A stretch of DNA of 64,000 nucleotides from Octopus sinensis. Taxonomy: Eukaryota. The notes under the pieces are model-generated. The model made no database searches and was not told where the DNA came from. It saw only the letters and a program-made list of their open reading frames with translations. Shown piece after piece: positions 1 to 11,172 of the stretch (within the stretch, counting starts at the first letter, position 1; every line of letters begins with the position of its first letter). A program made the position numbers and the translations under genes. The DNA is taken from assembly GCF_006345805.1 (NCBI RefSeq), contig NC_043008.1, positions 6,448,001 to 6,512,000 on the forward strand. Reading direction: 5' to 3'.

Positions 1-554
1 TATAGTATGTGTGTAGTGTGTGAAGTGTGAGTTTGTGTGTATAGATATAGATATATGTGTGCATGTGTCTGTGTGTCTATATATATATATAGAGAGAGAG
101 AGACAGAGAGATCTATATAGATAGATAGATAAACAGATAGACAAATAGATATATATAAATAGATAGATAGATATATGTGTGGGTGTGTGTATGTATGTAT
201 GCATATATGCATGCATGCATGTATGTATGTATGCATGTATGTATGTATGCATGTATGTATGCATGCATGTATGTATGCATGTATGTATCTATGTATGTAT
301 GTGTGCATGCCTGTATGTATGTATGTATATATGTATGTATGTATGCCTGCATGCATGTATGTATGCATGTATGTATGTATGCATGCATGTAAGTATGTAT
401 ATATGTATGTATGCATGTGTGTATTGCTTTTTCTCTTAACTGATGTTGGTCAAAAGTAGACCATACTCTTCACCAATGTCAGATCAGAAGGAAAAGCTTC
501 AGCCTTAAGTTTGTATAGATATATATATGTTCCTATGAAGATACACATAAAAAG
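1..554 (+). repeat. Left arm of inverted duplication (TG/TA/GA/TAGA/TATG-CATG microsatellite mosaic plus ~105-bp unique core); partner at 5730-6420
   Basis: Core gtattgctttttctcttaactgatgttggtcaaaagtagaccatactcttcaccaatgtc (421-480) recurs as reverse complement at ~5800-5860; the flanking microsatellite blocks appear in mirrored order. Confidence 0.9.
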
Positions 555-708
555 TTTACCTTATTTGTTTCTAACACAATTTCTCATCGTGTAAGTATAG
601 GAACATACACAAGCACACATACACATACACATATGAACTCGCACATTCTCTCTCCCCTCTCTGCCTGTCTATCAGTCTGTCTGTCTCTCTCTCTCTCTCT
701 TTCTCTGG

Positions 709-812
709 TGAAAGACAAAGTTGATCTCAGCAGAATTTAAACTCAAAGTCAGACAAAATGCCTCTAAGCATTTAGCTCTGCAAGGTAACCATTCTGCCAA
801 GGTGGCTGTCTT
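709..812 (-). mobile_element. Diverged 5' fragment of tRNA-derived SINE family A
   Basis: Similar to the head of family A copies at 6924 and 24145 (gttgatctcagcagaatttaaactc ~ gtcgacctcggcggaatttgaactc). Confidence 0.6.
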
Positions 813-975
813 CGTAAATGCAGGAAATATGTTTGATTGCTTACTTGTTTACCATAGAATGTTGAATTAGTACTTCCTTACAGCTACCAACACCAAAACA
901 CCTGCTCACTAGAGGGATTCTGCTTTTTCAGAGCAGGGGTCTAGAGAGTGACTCTTAGAGAAACTAGATAGGGGA

Positions 976-1316
976 ATCATCATCATAATCATCGTTTAAG
1001 GTCTGCTTTCCATGCTAGCATGGGTTGGGCGAATGACTGAGGTCTGGTGAACCAGATGGCTGCACCAGGCTTCAGTCTTGATCTGGCAGAGTTTCTATAG
1101 CTGGATGCCCTTCCTAACGCCAACCACTCCGAGAGTGTAGCAGGTGCTTTTACGTGCCAGTCAGGCGGTACTGGCAACGACCTCGCACAAATCTTTTACA
1201 CATGCCACCAGCACAGGTGCCAGTAAGGCGATGCTGGTAACGATCACGCTCGAATGGTGTCTTTTACATGCTACCGGCACGGAGGCCAGATAGCCGCTCC
1301 GGCAACGATCACACTC
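976..1316 (-). mobile_element. Family C element (RTE-LINE-like 3' end / RTE-tailed SINE) with (GAT)n tail
   Basis: catcatcat-cgtttaa-gtctgctttccatgctagcatgggttgg and ctggatgcccttcctaacgccaacc, shared by more than 10 copies in the window; RTE affinity is from recall. Confidence 0.8.
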
Positions 1317-1668
1317 CAAATAATACGAATTACTCAGCATATGTATATTTTATGTGCAAAAACAAGGAAAACTCTGCTTCTTTCACTCATTTTATTTGGT
1401 GGCTCTGGAAGCAGGGAAATATCTGGTCTAGAATAATCTGGAATATTTTTGGAAAGAATGCTACCCACTCACTTGGTACACATAACTTTTATTGCTGTGT
1501 CAGCAAGAAATTTCCAAGACTGCAGCTGTCTAGAAAACTGAACTGGAATTCTTCTGTTGCCAATGCAGCTCTTTGATAACTAATTCTAAGCTGTTAGCCA
1601 TTTATACCATTCCATAATTTTGGCTCCACATATTGCAAATGGCCTACAGTAACTCCTTAACAAGAAAA

Positions 1669-2242
1669 CTCAGCTGTCATTTCGGTTACTGCACACAGGG
1701 CAATTACTTATTTGTTATGGGTTAATTATAAGTTAGTAGCTGTTAAAACCCTCCCATAAACTTTATTGGAATGTTTAACTTCAATTAACTTCTCTTAAAT
1801 TAAACTGAAATTTGTAACCAAAGCAAGCAGCCGGCAGTTTCCAAAGTAGCAATCTCACTGTGTGACCCAAACCGGTCATTGAGAATAAACCTCAATTGCC
1901 AGCTTACCCAAGTATGCTTCTCACTTTTATGAAACTTCAAGCAATGTGTCTCTGAGTAAACTGAATATCTAAGCAAGCTCCTCAACTGTCATTTTGGTTA
2001 CCACCCACAGGGCAATTGCCTATTTGTTAAGGTTAATTATAAGTTAGTAGCTGTTAAAACCCTCCCATAAATTTTATTGGAATATTTAACTTTAACTGAA
2101 ATTTGTAACCAAAGCAAGCAGCCAGCAGCTTCCAAAGTAGCAATCTCACTGTAAGATCCAAACTGGTAATTGAGAATAAGCCTCAATTTCCAGCCTACTC
2201 GAGTGAATTTCTCGTTTTTATGAAACTTCAACCAATGTGTCT
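1669..2242. repeat. Two-copy tandem duplication, period ~312 bp (1669-1951 and 1981-2242)
   Basis: Long shared blocks such as gttaattataagttagtagctgttaaaaccctcccataaa and aactgaaatttgtaaccaaagcaagcagcc in both copies; copy 2 lacks ~20 nt. Confidence 0.9.
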
Positions 2243-2331
2243 ACGAATTGTGTGTGTGTGTGTAAGAAAAAATGCACACAAATAATGTACTAATAAATGC
2301 ACACAAATAATGCACACAAATAATGTACTAA

Positions 2332-2446
2332 TAGTACATTATTTGCATTATTTACATTTGACAGATATTTGTTCTCATCTTGTTTATTAACACAACGTTT
2401 CAGCTGGTATATCCTTCAGCCTTCATCAGATGTCTTGGGGAAATTT
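2332..2446 (-). mobile_element. Family E element 3' part (hammerhead-bearing), interrupted by SINE A
   Basis: Reverse complement matches the family E copy at 22044-22284. Confidence 0.85.
2389..2434 (-). ncRNA. Minimal type I hammerhead-like motif (family E)
   Basis: Minus strand: GACAU-CUGAUGA-A-GGCUG(loop)CAGCU-GAAA-CGU-U-GUGUU; helix I, helix II and palindromic helix III (ACGU) present. Confidence 0.7.
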
Positions 2447-2675
2447 CTTTATTGCCCACAGGGGGCTAAACATAGAGTGGACAAACAAGGACAGACAAAG
2501 GGTTTCAGTCGATTACATCGACCCCAGTGCATAACTAGTACTTATTTAATCAACCTCGAAAGGATGAAAGGCAAAGTTGACCTCGGTGGAATCTGAACTC
2601 AAAAGCTAACGCTAAACGAAATACCACTAGGCATTTTGCTCGGCGTGGTAATGATTCTGCCAGCTTGCCGTCCTT
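2443..2675 (-). mobile_element. tRNA-derived SINE family A, full length
   Basis: Matches 6924-7158; A/B-box-like head and central cctttcatcctttcggggtcgat block. Confidence 0.9.
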
Positions 2676-2883
2676 CATTTTAATATATTGCTTGTGTACG
2701 TCCTCACACACACACACACACATATAGTTCAATTAGAGGTTGGAAACAGCTGTTAGAGATCATATTCATTTTTGCAATTAATAAATATACTTATTAATTG
2801 ATATCTCACCATTTTCTTATTTTTCATATATATATATACAAATTGTTTGCATGCATCGCTAATTGAGAAGCACTCAGTTATCA

Positions 2884-3113
2884 TTAACCCATTAACTCTC
2901 AGACTACATAAATTTCTGAATATTAGTCTTAAACTTTTACAGATGATTGAAAATGGGTTAAAATGAAAAAAATAATTATTAAAACTCCTTCACTTCGAGT
3001 AGAAATGGAAATACTCTGTGTCCTATAAATAGGACACAGAGACAATGTGATATAGCTTATTTAATGTTCTCATTTAGTGTCCTATTTATAGGACAGTAGG
3101 ACTTAAGGGGTTA
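2884..3113. mobile_element. Possible piggyBac-like MITE (TTAA-ccc...ggg-TTAA ends)
   Basis: ttaacccattaa at left and ttaaggggttaa at right; internal palindrome ctctgtgtcctat-aa-ataggacacagag at 3014-3041. Confidence 0.45.
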
Positions 3114-3244
3114 AGGGTGTGAAACTGAAGAGAGTACCATTGGTCAATAACTGATGAAGAATTACAGACTTTCTCTTTGTCTTCTGTTCGTTTTTACATT
3201 CAGTATATGTTATATCGTTTATTCATACATTTTCATCTGTCTGC

Positions 3245-3301
<57 letters not shown>

Positions 3302-3314
3302 AATCAATTAATTT

Positions 3315-3564
3315 AATGCGCCCTTTTAAAGCCTAGCCAGGCTCATGGGCCCGGTTTCCCGGTTTCTATGGCGTATGTGTTCCCCAGCTGGATGGGACGC
3401 CAGTCCATCGCAGCATTACTCATTTTTATGCCAGCTGAGTGGACTGGAGCAACATGAAATGAAGTGTTTTGCTCAAGAACACAACGCGTCGCCCGGTCCA
3501 GGAATCAAAGCCACAATCTTACAATCATGATGCTGACACCCTAACCACGAAGCCACGTGCCTCC
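3315..3564 (-). mobile_element. tRNA-derived SINE family D2
   Basis: Minus strand begins ggaggcacgtggcttcgtggttagg (A-box-like); shares cttgagcaaaacact...ctcagctg block with family D. Confidence 0.8.
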
Positions 3565-4326
3565 ACACACACACACATGCACACACATATATATAAAACA
3601 TTAGAGAAGTAATAAATTTAGAGTCTGATGAGTCACCTATACGGTCACACAAATATACATACATACACACACACACACATATACAAAGGTACTCAGCAGC
3701 AGCCATTCATGTCCACTTTCTATGGTGTCAAAAGTTAAATTAGTCATCAGAGTCCAAGTCGTTTTCATTCAGATTCCCTGTTCTCCCTGACAGGTTGTCA
3801 GACCAAATATTCCTTGTATCGTATGGTTCCGTTTTGCTTTGATTTCAATTCATTTTGATTCGGATACACTTCCAACCATGCTTTACAATTGTGGGTTTGT
3901 CTTTTACTTTGTAAAAGTCTTCCTCACCTCTTTATAATGTCTTCATTTACACAGGGCTTGGTGACGGATGACTTGAATAGAAAAAAGCAGAGATGGTAAA
4001 AGAACCAGGATTGGAGGGAGAATATCAGGAATGTAGCGGTAGAAGAAGAGTTATTAGAATGAAGGATGACAGAAAGAGTGAGAGAGTAGGGGATAGTAAT
4101 AGAGTTGGACAAACGGTAAGAGTGAGTGATGGCTGTCATTACCAAATAGCTTAGAGCAAGGGGAATACAGAAGAGACAAAAGGAGAGTGTAAGGAGCACT
4201 TGTGGATGGGTTGATGACAAAGAGGGGGAAGGATGGAGTATTGGAGAGATGAGAGAGATAGTAAAGACCAATGATATTCTAGTGGATGTAACCACCAATA
4301 GTTATGAATGCTGCAGACATTATAAA

Positions 4327-4400
4327 CTGGAGGTTCTCAAACTTTTTGGGCCACCGTCCCCCTCATGGCCACATAATACCCCTATTTTTATACATAAATA
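4327..4400 (+). mobile_element. hAT-like MITE terminal fragment
   Basis: ctggaggttctcaaactttt resembles the TIR cagtggttctcaaa of the element at 57328. Confidence 0.4.
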
Positions 4401-4484
4401 AATATTTTATATTTTTCTAATTTATATATCCTATGAATCATTTGATATTTGATATAATATTATATAATTTATATACAATACTAT

Positions 4485-4487
<3 letters not shown>

Positions 4488-4527
<40 letters not shown>

Positions 4528-4590
4528 GTTTAACGTCTGCTTTCTATGCTAGCATGGGTTGGATGATTTGACTGAGGCCTGGGAAACCAA
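4488..4590 (-). mobile_element. Family C short copy with long (CAT)n tail
   Basis: (cat)n-cgtttaacgtctgctttctatgctagcatgggttgg. Confidence 0.8.
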
Positions 4591-4592
4591 TA

Positions 4593-4702
4593 TTCTATTG
4601 GTCTCTTTTGCCGAACCGCTAAGTTAGAATAAGTACTCGACTAAAGGCGGTGCTCCAACATGGCTACAGTCATATGACTGAAACAAGTAAAAGAGTAAAA
4701 GA
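4593..4702 (+). mobile_element. Family B SINE 3' fragment with 5' inversion (4593-4625 inverted, 4626-4702 forward)
   Basis: Reverse complement of 4593-4625 is aacttagcggttcggcaaaagagaccaatagaa, which directly precedes taagtact in full copies. Confidence 0.75.
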
Positions 4703-5613
4703 GAATATACAACCCAATGTACATTTCTATCAATTGTAGATTTAACAATAATATTCTACAATTACATTATAGAATATGGTAAATACGATACAATATTCTA
4801 AATGATAAATATTATAAAAATACAAATATTTTTTTATGGTGGCATTAAGAAGAAAAAATTAGGAAAAAGACAAGAATTCAAACATTGTGGTATGGAGGCT
4901 TCTTTCAAGACATAGCAACAGAAACTATTCTAGTTTAATATTGACACAAGAAAACAGATTCCATTGGCTCCATATCTATCTTCCTCCTCCACCACCAACC
5001 CACCTCATTATTATTATTATCATTATTGTTGTTGTTGTTGCTGCTGCTGCTGTAGTGAAATAAGTCATGGTTGAAAAGATCCAGTAACTTTCAGTTAAAG
5101 GCTTCAGTTTTCCTCGAGTCTGTACATACTGGTTCTAACCTGGTTTAATGCCAACAGCAACAACGGTATTTCCAGCAGATATAACTGTCCTCGAGAGAGT
5201 CTTGAAGGTTTTCGTGTTTTGCATTTTTGCATTTTGTCCCGATATAGCATCCAAAATAGATATTCCACTAGCCATACACCTCTGCCCCACCCCACCCCTA
5301 CTTCCACTACTACTACTACTACTACCACCACTACTACTACGCACCCCATCCTCGGCGTCATCCAAAGGATATATTGGTGGAAGGGTGAGGTAGGGATAAT
5401 GTCTTCATAATCAGATAAAAAAAATAAGACTCCACCAAAATGTTCCTGAAATACACAGTCTTTGAGAAGAGAGAGTGAGGGCTGGGGGGGGGGAGAATGA
5501 AGGAGGTGGAACAGGAAGAAAACCATGTTTTACTTCACCCACCCTGGTAGGTAAGATGGAACTATTTTCATATAGATTCCAGCACATTATTATATATACC
5601 AGAGAAAGAGAGG

Positions 5614-5644
<31 letters not shown>

Positions 5645-5729
5645 TGATAGACAGGCAGAGAGGGGAGAGAGAATGTGCGAGTTCATATGTGTATGTGTAT
5701 GTGTGCTTGTGTGTGTTCATATTCTTACA

Positions 5730-6250
5730 CTTTTTTTATGTGTATATTCCTAGAGAGATATCTATACAGACTTAAGGCTGTAGCTTTGCCTTCCGATCCG
5801 ACATTGGTGAAGAGTATGGTCTGCTTTTGACCAACATCAGTTAAGGAAAAAAGCAATACATATATACATGCATACATACATACATGCAGGCATACACACA
5901 TACATGCATGCATGCATATATGCATGCATACATACATGCATGCATGCATGCATACATACATACATACATACATACACACATACATACATGCATACATACA
6001 TGCATACATACATGCATACATACATACATACATACATACACACATACATGCATGCATACATACATGCATACATACATACAAGCATACATACATACATACG
6101 TACATACATACATGCATGCATGCATATATGCATACATACATACGTACACATACTCATACACATATTTATGTATGTATTTATCTATCTATCTATCTATCTA
6201 TTTGTCTATCTATCTATTTGTCTGTTTATCTATCTATCTATCTCTATAGA

Positions 6251-6298
<48 letters not shown>

Positions 6299-6420
6299 CA
6301 CACACACACACAGACACATGCACACACATATCTATATCTATACACTCATACACAAACTTATACTTCATACACTATGCACATACTATGCACACACACACAC
6401 TTCACACACTACACATTTCA
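5730..6420 (-). repeat. Right arm of inverted duplication (partner 1-554)
   Basis: Reverse complement of the unique core plus mirrored microsatellite order. Confidence 0.9.
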
Positions 6421-6724
6421 CACACTACACACACACACACACACACGCACACACACGCACAGGTGTGTGTGTATGCATACATGAAAAGACAAACTCATAT
6501 ATGCATGCAATTTCTGGCAGTGCTTTCTCGAAGGTATTGCAAAATGATCAAACACATTATGCAATCAAAAATATCCAGGTAATCTCAGAGTGGCCAATAA
6601 TAAACGATATAAACATGTTATAACAATCACAGAGCAGAGGTTAATACCCTGCGAAAAACAAATATTCAGACAGACAGACAGACAGATGGACAAACAGACA
6701 GACAGGTAGAGATGTATCATCTTT

Positions 6725-7215
6725 TTATATTTCATCTTTTACTTGTTTCCATCATCAGAGTGTGGCCCTGCTGGGGCACTGCATTGAAGAATTTTTAGTT
6801 GAATAAATCAAGCCAAATACTTTCTTAATAAGCCTGGTGCTCATTTTATTGATCTCTTTGGCTGAGCCACTAAGTTACAGGGACGTAAACACACCAACAC
6901 CAGTTATGAAGGGTTATGAAGGCAAGGTGGTGAGCTGGCAGAAACGTTAGCATGCCGAGCGAAATGCTTAGCAGTATTTTGCCTGCCGCTACATTCTGAG
7001 TTCAAATTCCGCCAAGGTCGACTTTGCCTTTCATCCTTTCGGGGTCGATAAATTAAGTACCAGTTACACACTGGGGTCGATATAATCGACTTAATCCATT
7101 TGTTTGTCTTTGTTTGTCCCCTCTGTGTTTAGCTCCTTGTGGGCAATAAAGAAATAAGAACACCAGTTATGAAGGGATGGTGAGAGGACAAACACAGATA
7201 TAAACACACACACAC
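6725..7215 (-). mobile_element. Family B SINE 3' half (diverged), interrupted by SINE A
   Basis: cttttacttgtttcc...gctaagttacagggacgtaaacacaccaacacc matches the family B reverse complement. Confidence 0.75.
6924..7158 (+). mobile_element. tRNA-derived SINE family A, full length, 18-bp TSD
   Basis: TSD aacaccagttatgaaggg at 6896-6913 and 7159-7176; B-box-like gagttcaaattcc. Confidence 0.92.
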
Positions 7216-7476
7216 CTACATCAGGCTGATCTACAGGTCCCATTGCTAGAAGGTGGTAGGAGTTCACTCCCCTGCTTGCAATATTTTGGATGCAGCTGTG
7301 CATTGTTAACCAGGTAGAGGAGATGTCCTCTTGGGATCAAAAAATTGCAGTAAAGTCCATTTGGCTGGACAGCCATGTTGAAGTGGCAATGAACATTACT
7401 TGTTAGTACAATTACTGCATTAATCTCTTAGAGAGATTTTAAAACAGGCATTTTTGCTGACATATATATATATATA

Positions 7477-7680
7477 GTTGGAATTTACAAAAAAGCAAAA
7501 GATAAAGATGGGAGTGTAAACAACAAACAGATGTATTAGTTTGATGCTCAGGAAGGTGAGAAAGTCTTTTACGTTTCGAGCCTATGCTCTTCAACAGAAA
7601 GGTACACAGAAATAAACAGAGAGAGAAAATAAAAAAGTTTTAATGGCTAGTGATCAATCATGGCAAATCAGAAGGATATC
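7477..7680 (-). mobile_element. Family F repeat (Penelope pLTR-like, hammerhead-like motif)
   Basis: Shares atgctcaggaag-tga-aaagtcttt-acgtttcgagccta--ctcttc-acagaaag with 9140-9222. Confidence 0.6.
7566..7601 (-). ncRNA. Minimal type I hammerhead-like motif with U at core position 6 (family F)
   Basis: Minus strand: CUUU-CUGUUGA-A-GAGC(auag)GCUC-GAAA-CGU-A-AAAG. Confidence 0.55.
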
Positions 7681-7749
7681 CTTTAATACAGAATAACTCA
7701 TTGAACGGGACCTGAACTTTGAAGTTTGTTGCCTATATATTTATATATA

Positions 7750-7780
<31 letters not shown>

Positions 7781-7804
7781 CACACACACACACATATATC
7801 TTTG

Positions 7805-7956
7805 TATATGACAGACTTCTTTTGGTTTCTGTTCACTAATTCCACTTACAAGGCTTTGGTTGGCTTGAGGTTATCGTAGAAGACACACAGTGAGATTGAA
7901 CCCAGAACCATATGGTTGAAAAGTAAGCTTCATACCACTCAGACACGCCTGTGCCT
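7805..7956 (-). mobile_element. Family B SINE 5' part (diverged)
   Basis: Matches the reverse complement of the family B head. Confidence 0.7.
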
Positions 7957-7978
7957 ATGTATGCATGTATATATATGT

Positions 7979-8029
<51 letters not shown>

Positions 8030-8179
8030 TGTGCGAGTGTGCGTGTGTGTGTGTGTGTGCAGATATCTCTCTCTCTATATATAAATAGATAGATAGAGAG
8101 AGATCTGCACACACACACATAAATGTGTGTGTGTGTGTGTTTGTGTATATATATATATATATATATCTACAGTTGTATC

Positions 8180-8920
8180 TTTGATTCATGGCAAGGTAAA
8201 CCTAGACGAGATGCAGTTTGGCTTCTTGCCTGGAAGAAGTACCAAGAATGCAATCTCTCTAGTTAGACAACTGCAGAAGAAATACTTGGCTAAGAGTAAG
8301 CCATTATTTCTGGCATTCATTGACCTGGAGAAGGCGTTTGACAAGGTACCATGTACTGTAATCTGATGGTCACTAAGGAAATCAGACATTGATAAATGGC
8401 CTGTGAGTGCTGTATATACTATATACAAAAATGCTGTACATAAAGTGGGAATCAAGAATGATTTCAGTGAGGAATTTATCATGTAGTGTGCAAGAATGTA
8501 GACTGTGCTGGTATGAATATGTGGTGATTACAGATGAGAACGGCAGTACAAAGATGTGACGATCACTTAATGCGAATGGAGCTTGTAGAAGAGAGAAACT
8601 CAGGAAGGTAAGAGCCAAGTTGGGGATGGATGGCTTCAGGACACTGAGCCCTCTGAAGGAGATGACAGAGGACTGAGATGACTGGTAAGATGTGGTTCTA
8701 GAGACGACCCATCCATCTTGACAAAACTGAGTTCTGGAAGTGCTGTGTGTATATAAAAATACATAAATAGGCCCTTGCCCAAACACTGCCTCATATGACC
8801 TCGTCTCTTCCTATCATCTCTCTCATTGCAGCTCTCCCTTGATAACACTATTTTCCTTGCTACCCAGAACCATTTCACTTGTTGGTCACTCTTCATCTAT
8901 TAACATTTTAGCATTTTATC
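8180..8920 (+). mobile_element. RTE-clade LINE fossil (RT domain fragment plus internally deleted 3' region)
   Basis: Translation LDEMQFGFLPGRSTKNAISLVRQLQKKYLAKSKPLFLAFIDLEKAFDKVP is a typical non-LTR RT motif (QxGF.PGRST...DLEKAFD.V); stops downstream. Confidence 0.85.
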
Positions 8921-8926
8921 CAGCCA

Positions 8927-9016
<90 letters not shown>
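8927..9016. repeat. (TATC)n microsatellite
   Basis: Direct reading. Confidence 0.95.
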
Positions 9017-9017
<1 letters not shown>

Positions 9018-9182
9018 TTATCTCTCTATATATATATAATTCATGTGTGTGTGTATGTGCATGTATATACATACATATATATATCCATGCTAGTATGGAA
9101 AGCATATGTTAAACAATGATGATATATATATATATGTATGTATATATAGATGTATTAGTATAATGCTCAGGAAGTGAAAAAG

Positions 9183-9220
9183 TCTTTAACGTTTCGAGCC
9201 TACACTCTTCCACAGAAAGA
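9183..9220 (-). ncRNA. Minimal type I hammerhead-like motif with U6 (family F, second copy)
   Basis: Minus strand: UCUUU-CUGUGGA-A-GAGU(guag)GCUC-GAAA-CGU-U-AAAGA; 5-bp helix I. Confidence 0.55.
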
Positions 9221-9272
9221 AACAATATATATATATATACATGCACATACACACACGCATGAATTATATATA

Positions 9273-9318
<46 letters not shown>

Positions 9319-9881
9319 GCACATACACACACACTTGAATTATATATATACTGTATATATATAATGGTTAAATAAGACGGGGGGATTTGTGTCCCAGAGA
9401 ACTTCACAAACAGCCACAGAATAAAGATGCCATTAACTGACATCCTAATCGTCTGGCAGTGTTTAATGCAAACAGATTCGGCCGAGCTTCAATTAATTGT
9501 CTTCCATGTATTCAGTTCTATAGAACCATGCAGAAACACTTTGCTGCTGTATTTTTATTGTTGTGATCAAGGACAATGGTAACTATTGGCTAACTGGAAT
9601 TGATTGCTGTACAAAACGGTTTTGCAAGTAATGAGGAAATGACAAGCAAATTGTTGAAGCAAATACTCTGAGGGAAACACTGAATGCCTATTCTATTAAC
9701 AACTTTAAATCTAAACTTGAGTAAATAACCAAACGCTTGTGATGGAGGAGATGGAGAAGATAAACAGCAGCCAGATGAACAATAAGGATTAGAAATGGAA
9801 GAGTTATGATAGACCGGTGTAGTTGTTAACCCTTTTGTATTTAAATCAGCCATCTCCAGCCCTTAATATCCTAACTGTTTT

Positions 9882-10092
9882 AAGATGGTGAGCTGCCAGA
9901 ATCGTTAGTGGTAAAATGCTTAGTGGTATTCTGTCCGACTTTACATTCTGGGTTCTAATACAGCTGAGATTCACTTTGCCATTTGTTCTTTTTGGGTTGA
10001 TAAAATAAGTACCAGTTGTATCCTGGGGTTGCTCTAATCAACCCAGGCACTCTCCCAAAGTTGCTGGCCTTGTGCCAAAACTTGAAACAAAT
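9882..10092 (+). mobile_element. Family A-related SINE, diverged variant
   Basis: gatggtgagctgccagaatcgttag head; gttgataaaataagtaccagttg core. Confidence 0.7.
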
Positions 10093-10182
10093 ATTCTAAC
10101 TGCTTTATGTTCAAACTAGCTAGATCCAGCCTCTCTTACTTTACAGTGTCATTCTGAAACAAAACAAAAAAAGCAAATAAAT

Positions 10183-10340
10183 AGGCCTGTCTGTGTGGTA
10201 AAGAAGCTTGCTTCATGACCACATGGTTCCAGGTTCAGTCCCATTGCATGGCACCTTGGGCAAGTGTCTTCTACTATAGCCTTGATGTGACCAAATCCAC
10301 TCATAGAGTGGATTTGAAAGACAGAAACTGAAAGAAGCCT
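10183..10340 (+). mobile_element. Family B SINE 5' half
   Basis: ggttcagtcccattgcatggcaccttgggcaagtgtcttctactatagcc. Confidence 0.8.
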
Positions 10341-10713
10341 ATGTCTAACTCAATAGCACCACCTGGTGTATATATATGTATATATATATATATATATATA
10401 AAATTATAAATAAGGGCATAAGAACAAAGTTTTCTTTGCCAATATGCTCAAAAATAGACCTGTGATCGTCTAACTACATACAATATTTTTCACTGTGCAT
10501 TTGTATTATGAAATATTGTATGTAGTTGGACGATCTAAAGTTTATTTTTCAGCATTTTGGCAAAAAGAATTTTTTTCTTTTGCCCTTATTTATGATTGTT
10601 TATAATTTTCACCTTAAAAAGTATTTTAATATGCTGGCCACTGATAACATTTATCCTTATATTAGAAGTAAATTTATATACACACACACACACATATATA
10701 TACATACATATAT

Positions 10714-11172
10714 ATCATCATAATCATCATCATTGTTGCTTAATGTCCGCTTTCCATGCTGGCATGGGTTGGATGCTTTGACTGAGGACTGGCAAGCCAG
10801 AAGGCTGCACCAGGCTCCATCTGATCTGGCAGTGTTTCTACAGCTGGATGCCCTTCCTAATGCCAACCACTCTGAGAGTGTAGTGGGTGCTTTTTATGTG
10901 CCACTGGCACAGGGGCCAGAGGAGCTGGCATTGACCACGATCAGATGGTGCTTTTTATGTGCCACTGGCATGCGGGTCACAACTACAATTTTCATTTGAT
11001 TATGATTTGATTTGATTTGATTTGATTTTGATATTGCTGTTGATGTTGATGTACTTGATGCAATAGGTCCCCTCAAGCATAGCATGTCGCCCTACGATCC
11101 AGGGTACTTTGAGTGGGCTGGTTATGTGATGCTGGTGTAGGTTACAGCTGTGAACTCACTTTATTTGCTGGA
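10714..11172 (-). mobile_element. Family C element, long copy
   Basis: Shared family C motifs, internal ~60-bp repeat units and (GATTT)n. Confidence 0.8.

Noticed and set aside
113-459. ORFs rich in H/T/Y/I/M/C/V (also 5725-6623, 22359-22879, 45797-46320, 61081-61557 and similar)
   Set aside because: They are translations of TATG/CA/TA microsatellites, open only because the repeats lack stop codons.
3120-3190. CTGAAGA and CTGATGA heptamers
   Set aside because: No correctly placed GAAA, helix III or helix I.
3730-4300. 124-aa minus-strand ORF / possible L2-Jockey 3' remnant
   Set aside because: Low-complexity S/L/I composition and no unambiguous catalytic motif.
5104-5290. Non-repetitive segment that could be a minus-strand exon (ILDAISGQNAK..., faintly cadherin-like)
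   Set aside because: No convincing splice sites or domain pattern, and no neighbouring exons.
5520-5560. Plus-strand TAG|GTAAGA as a second ratchet point
   Set aside because: The pyrimidine tract is weak and interrupted, within chance expectation.
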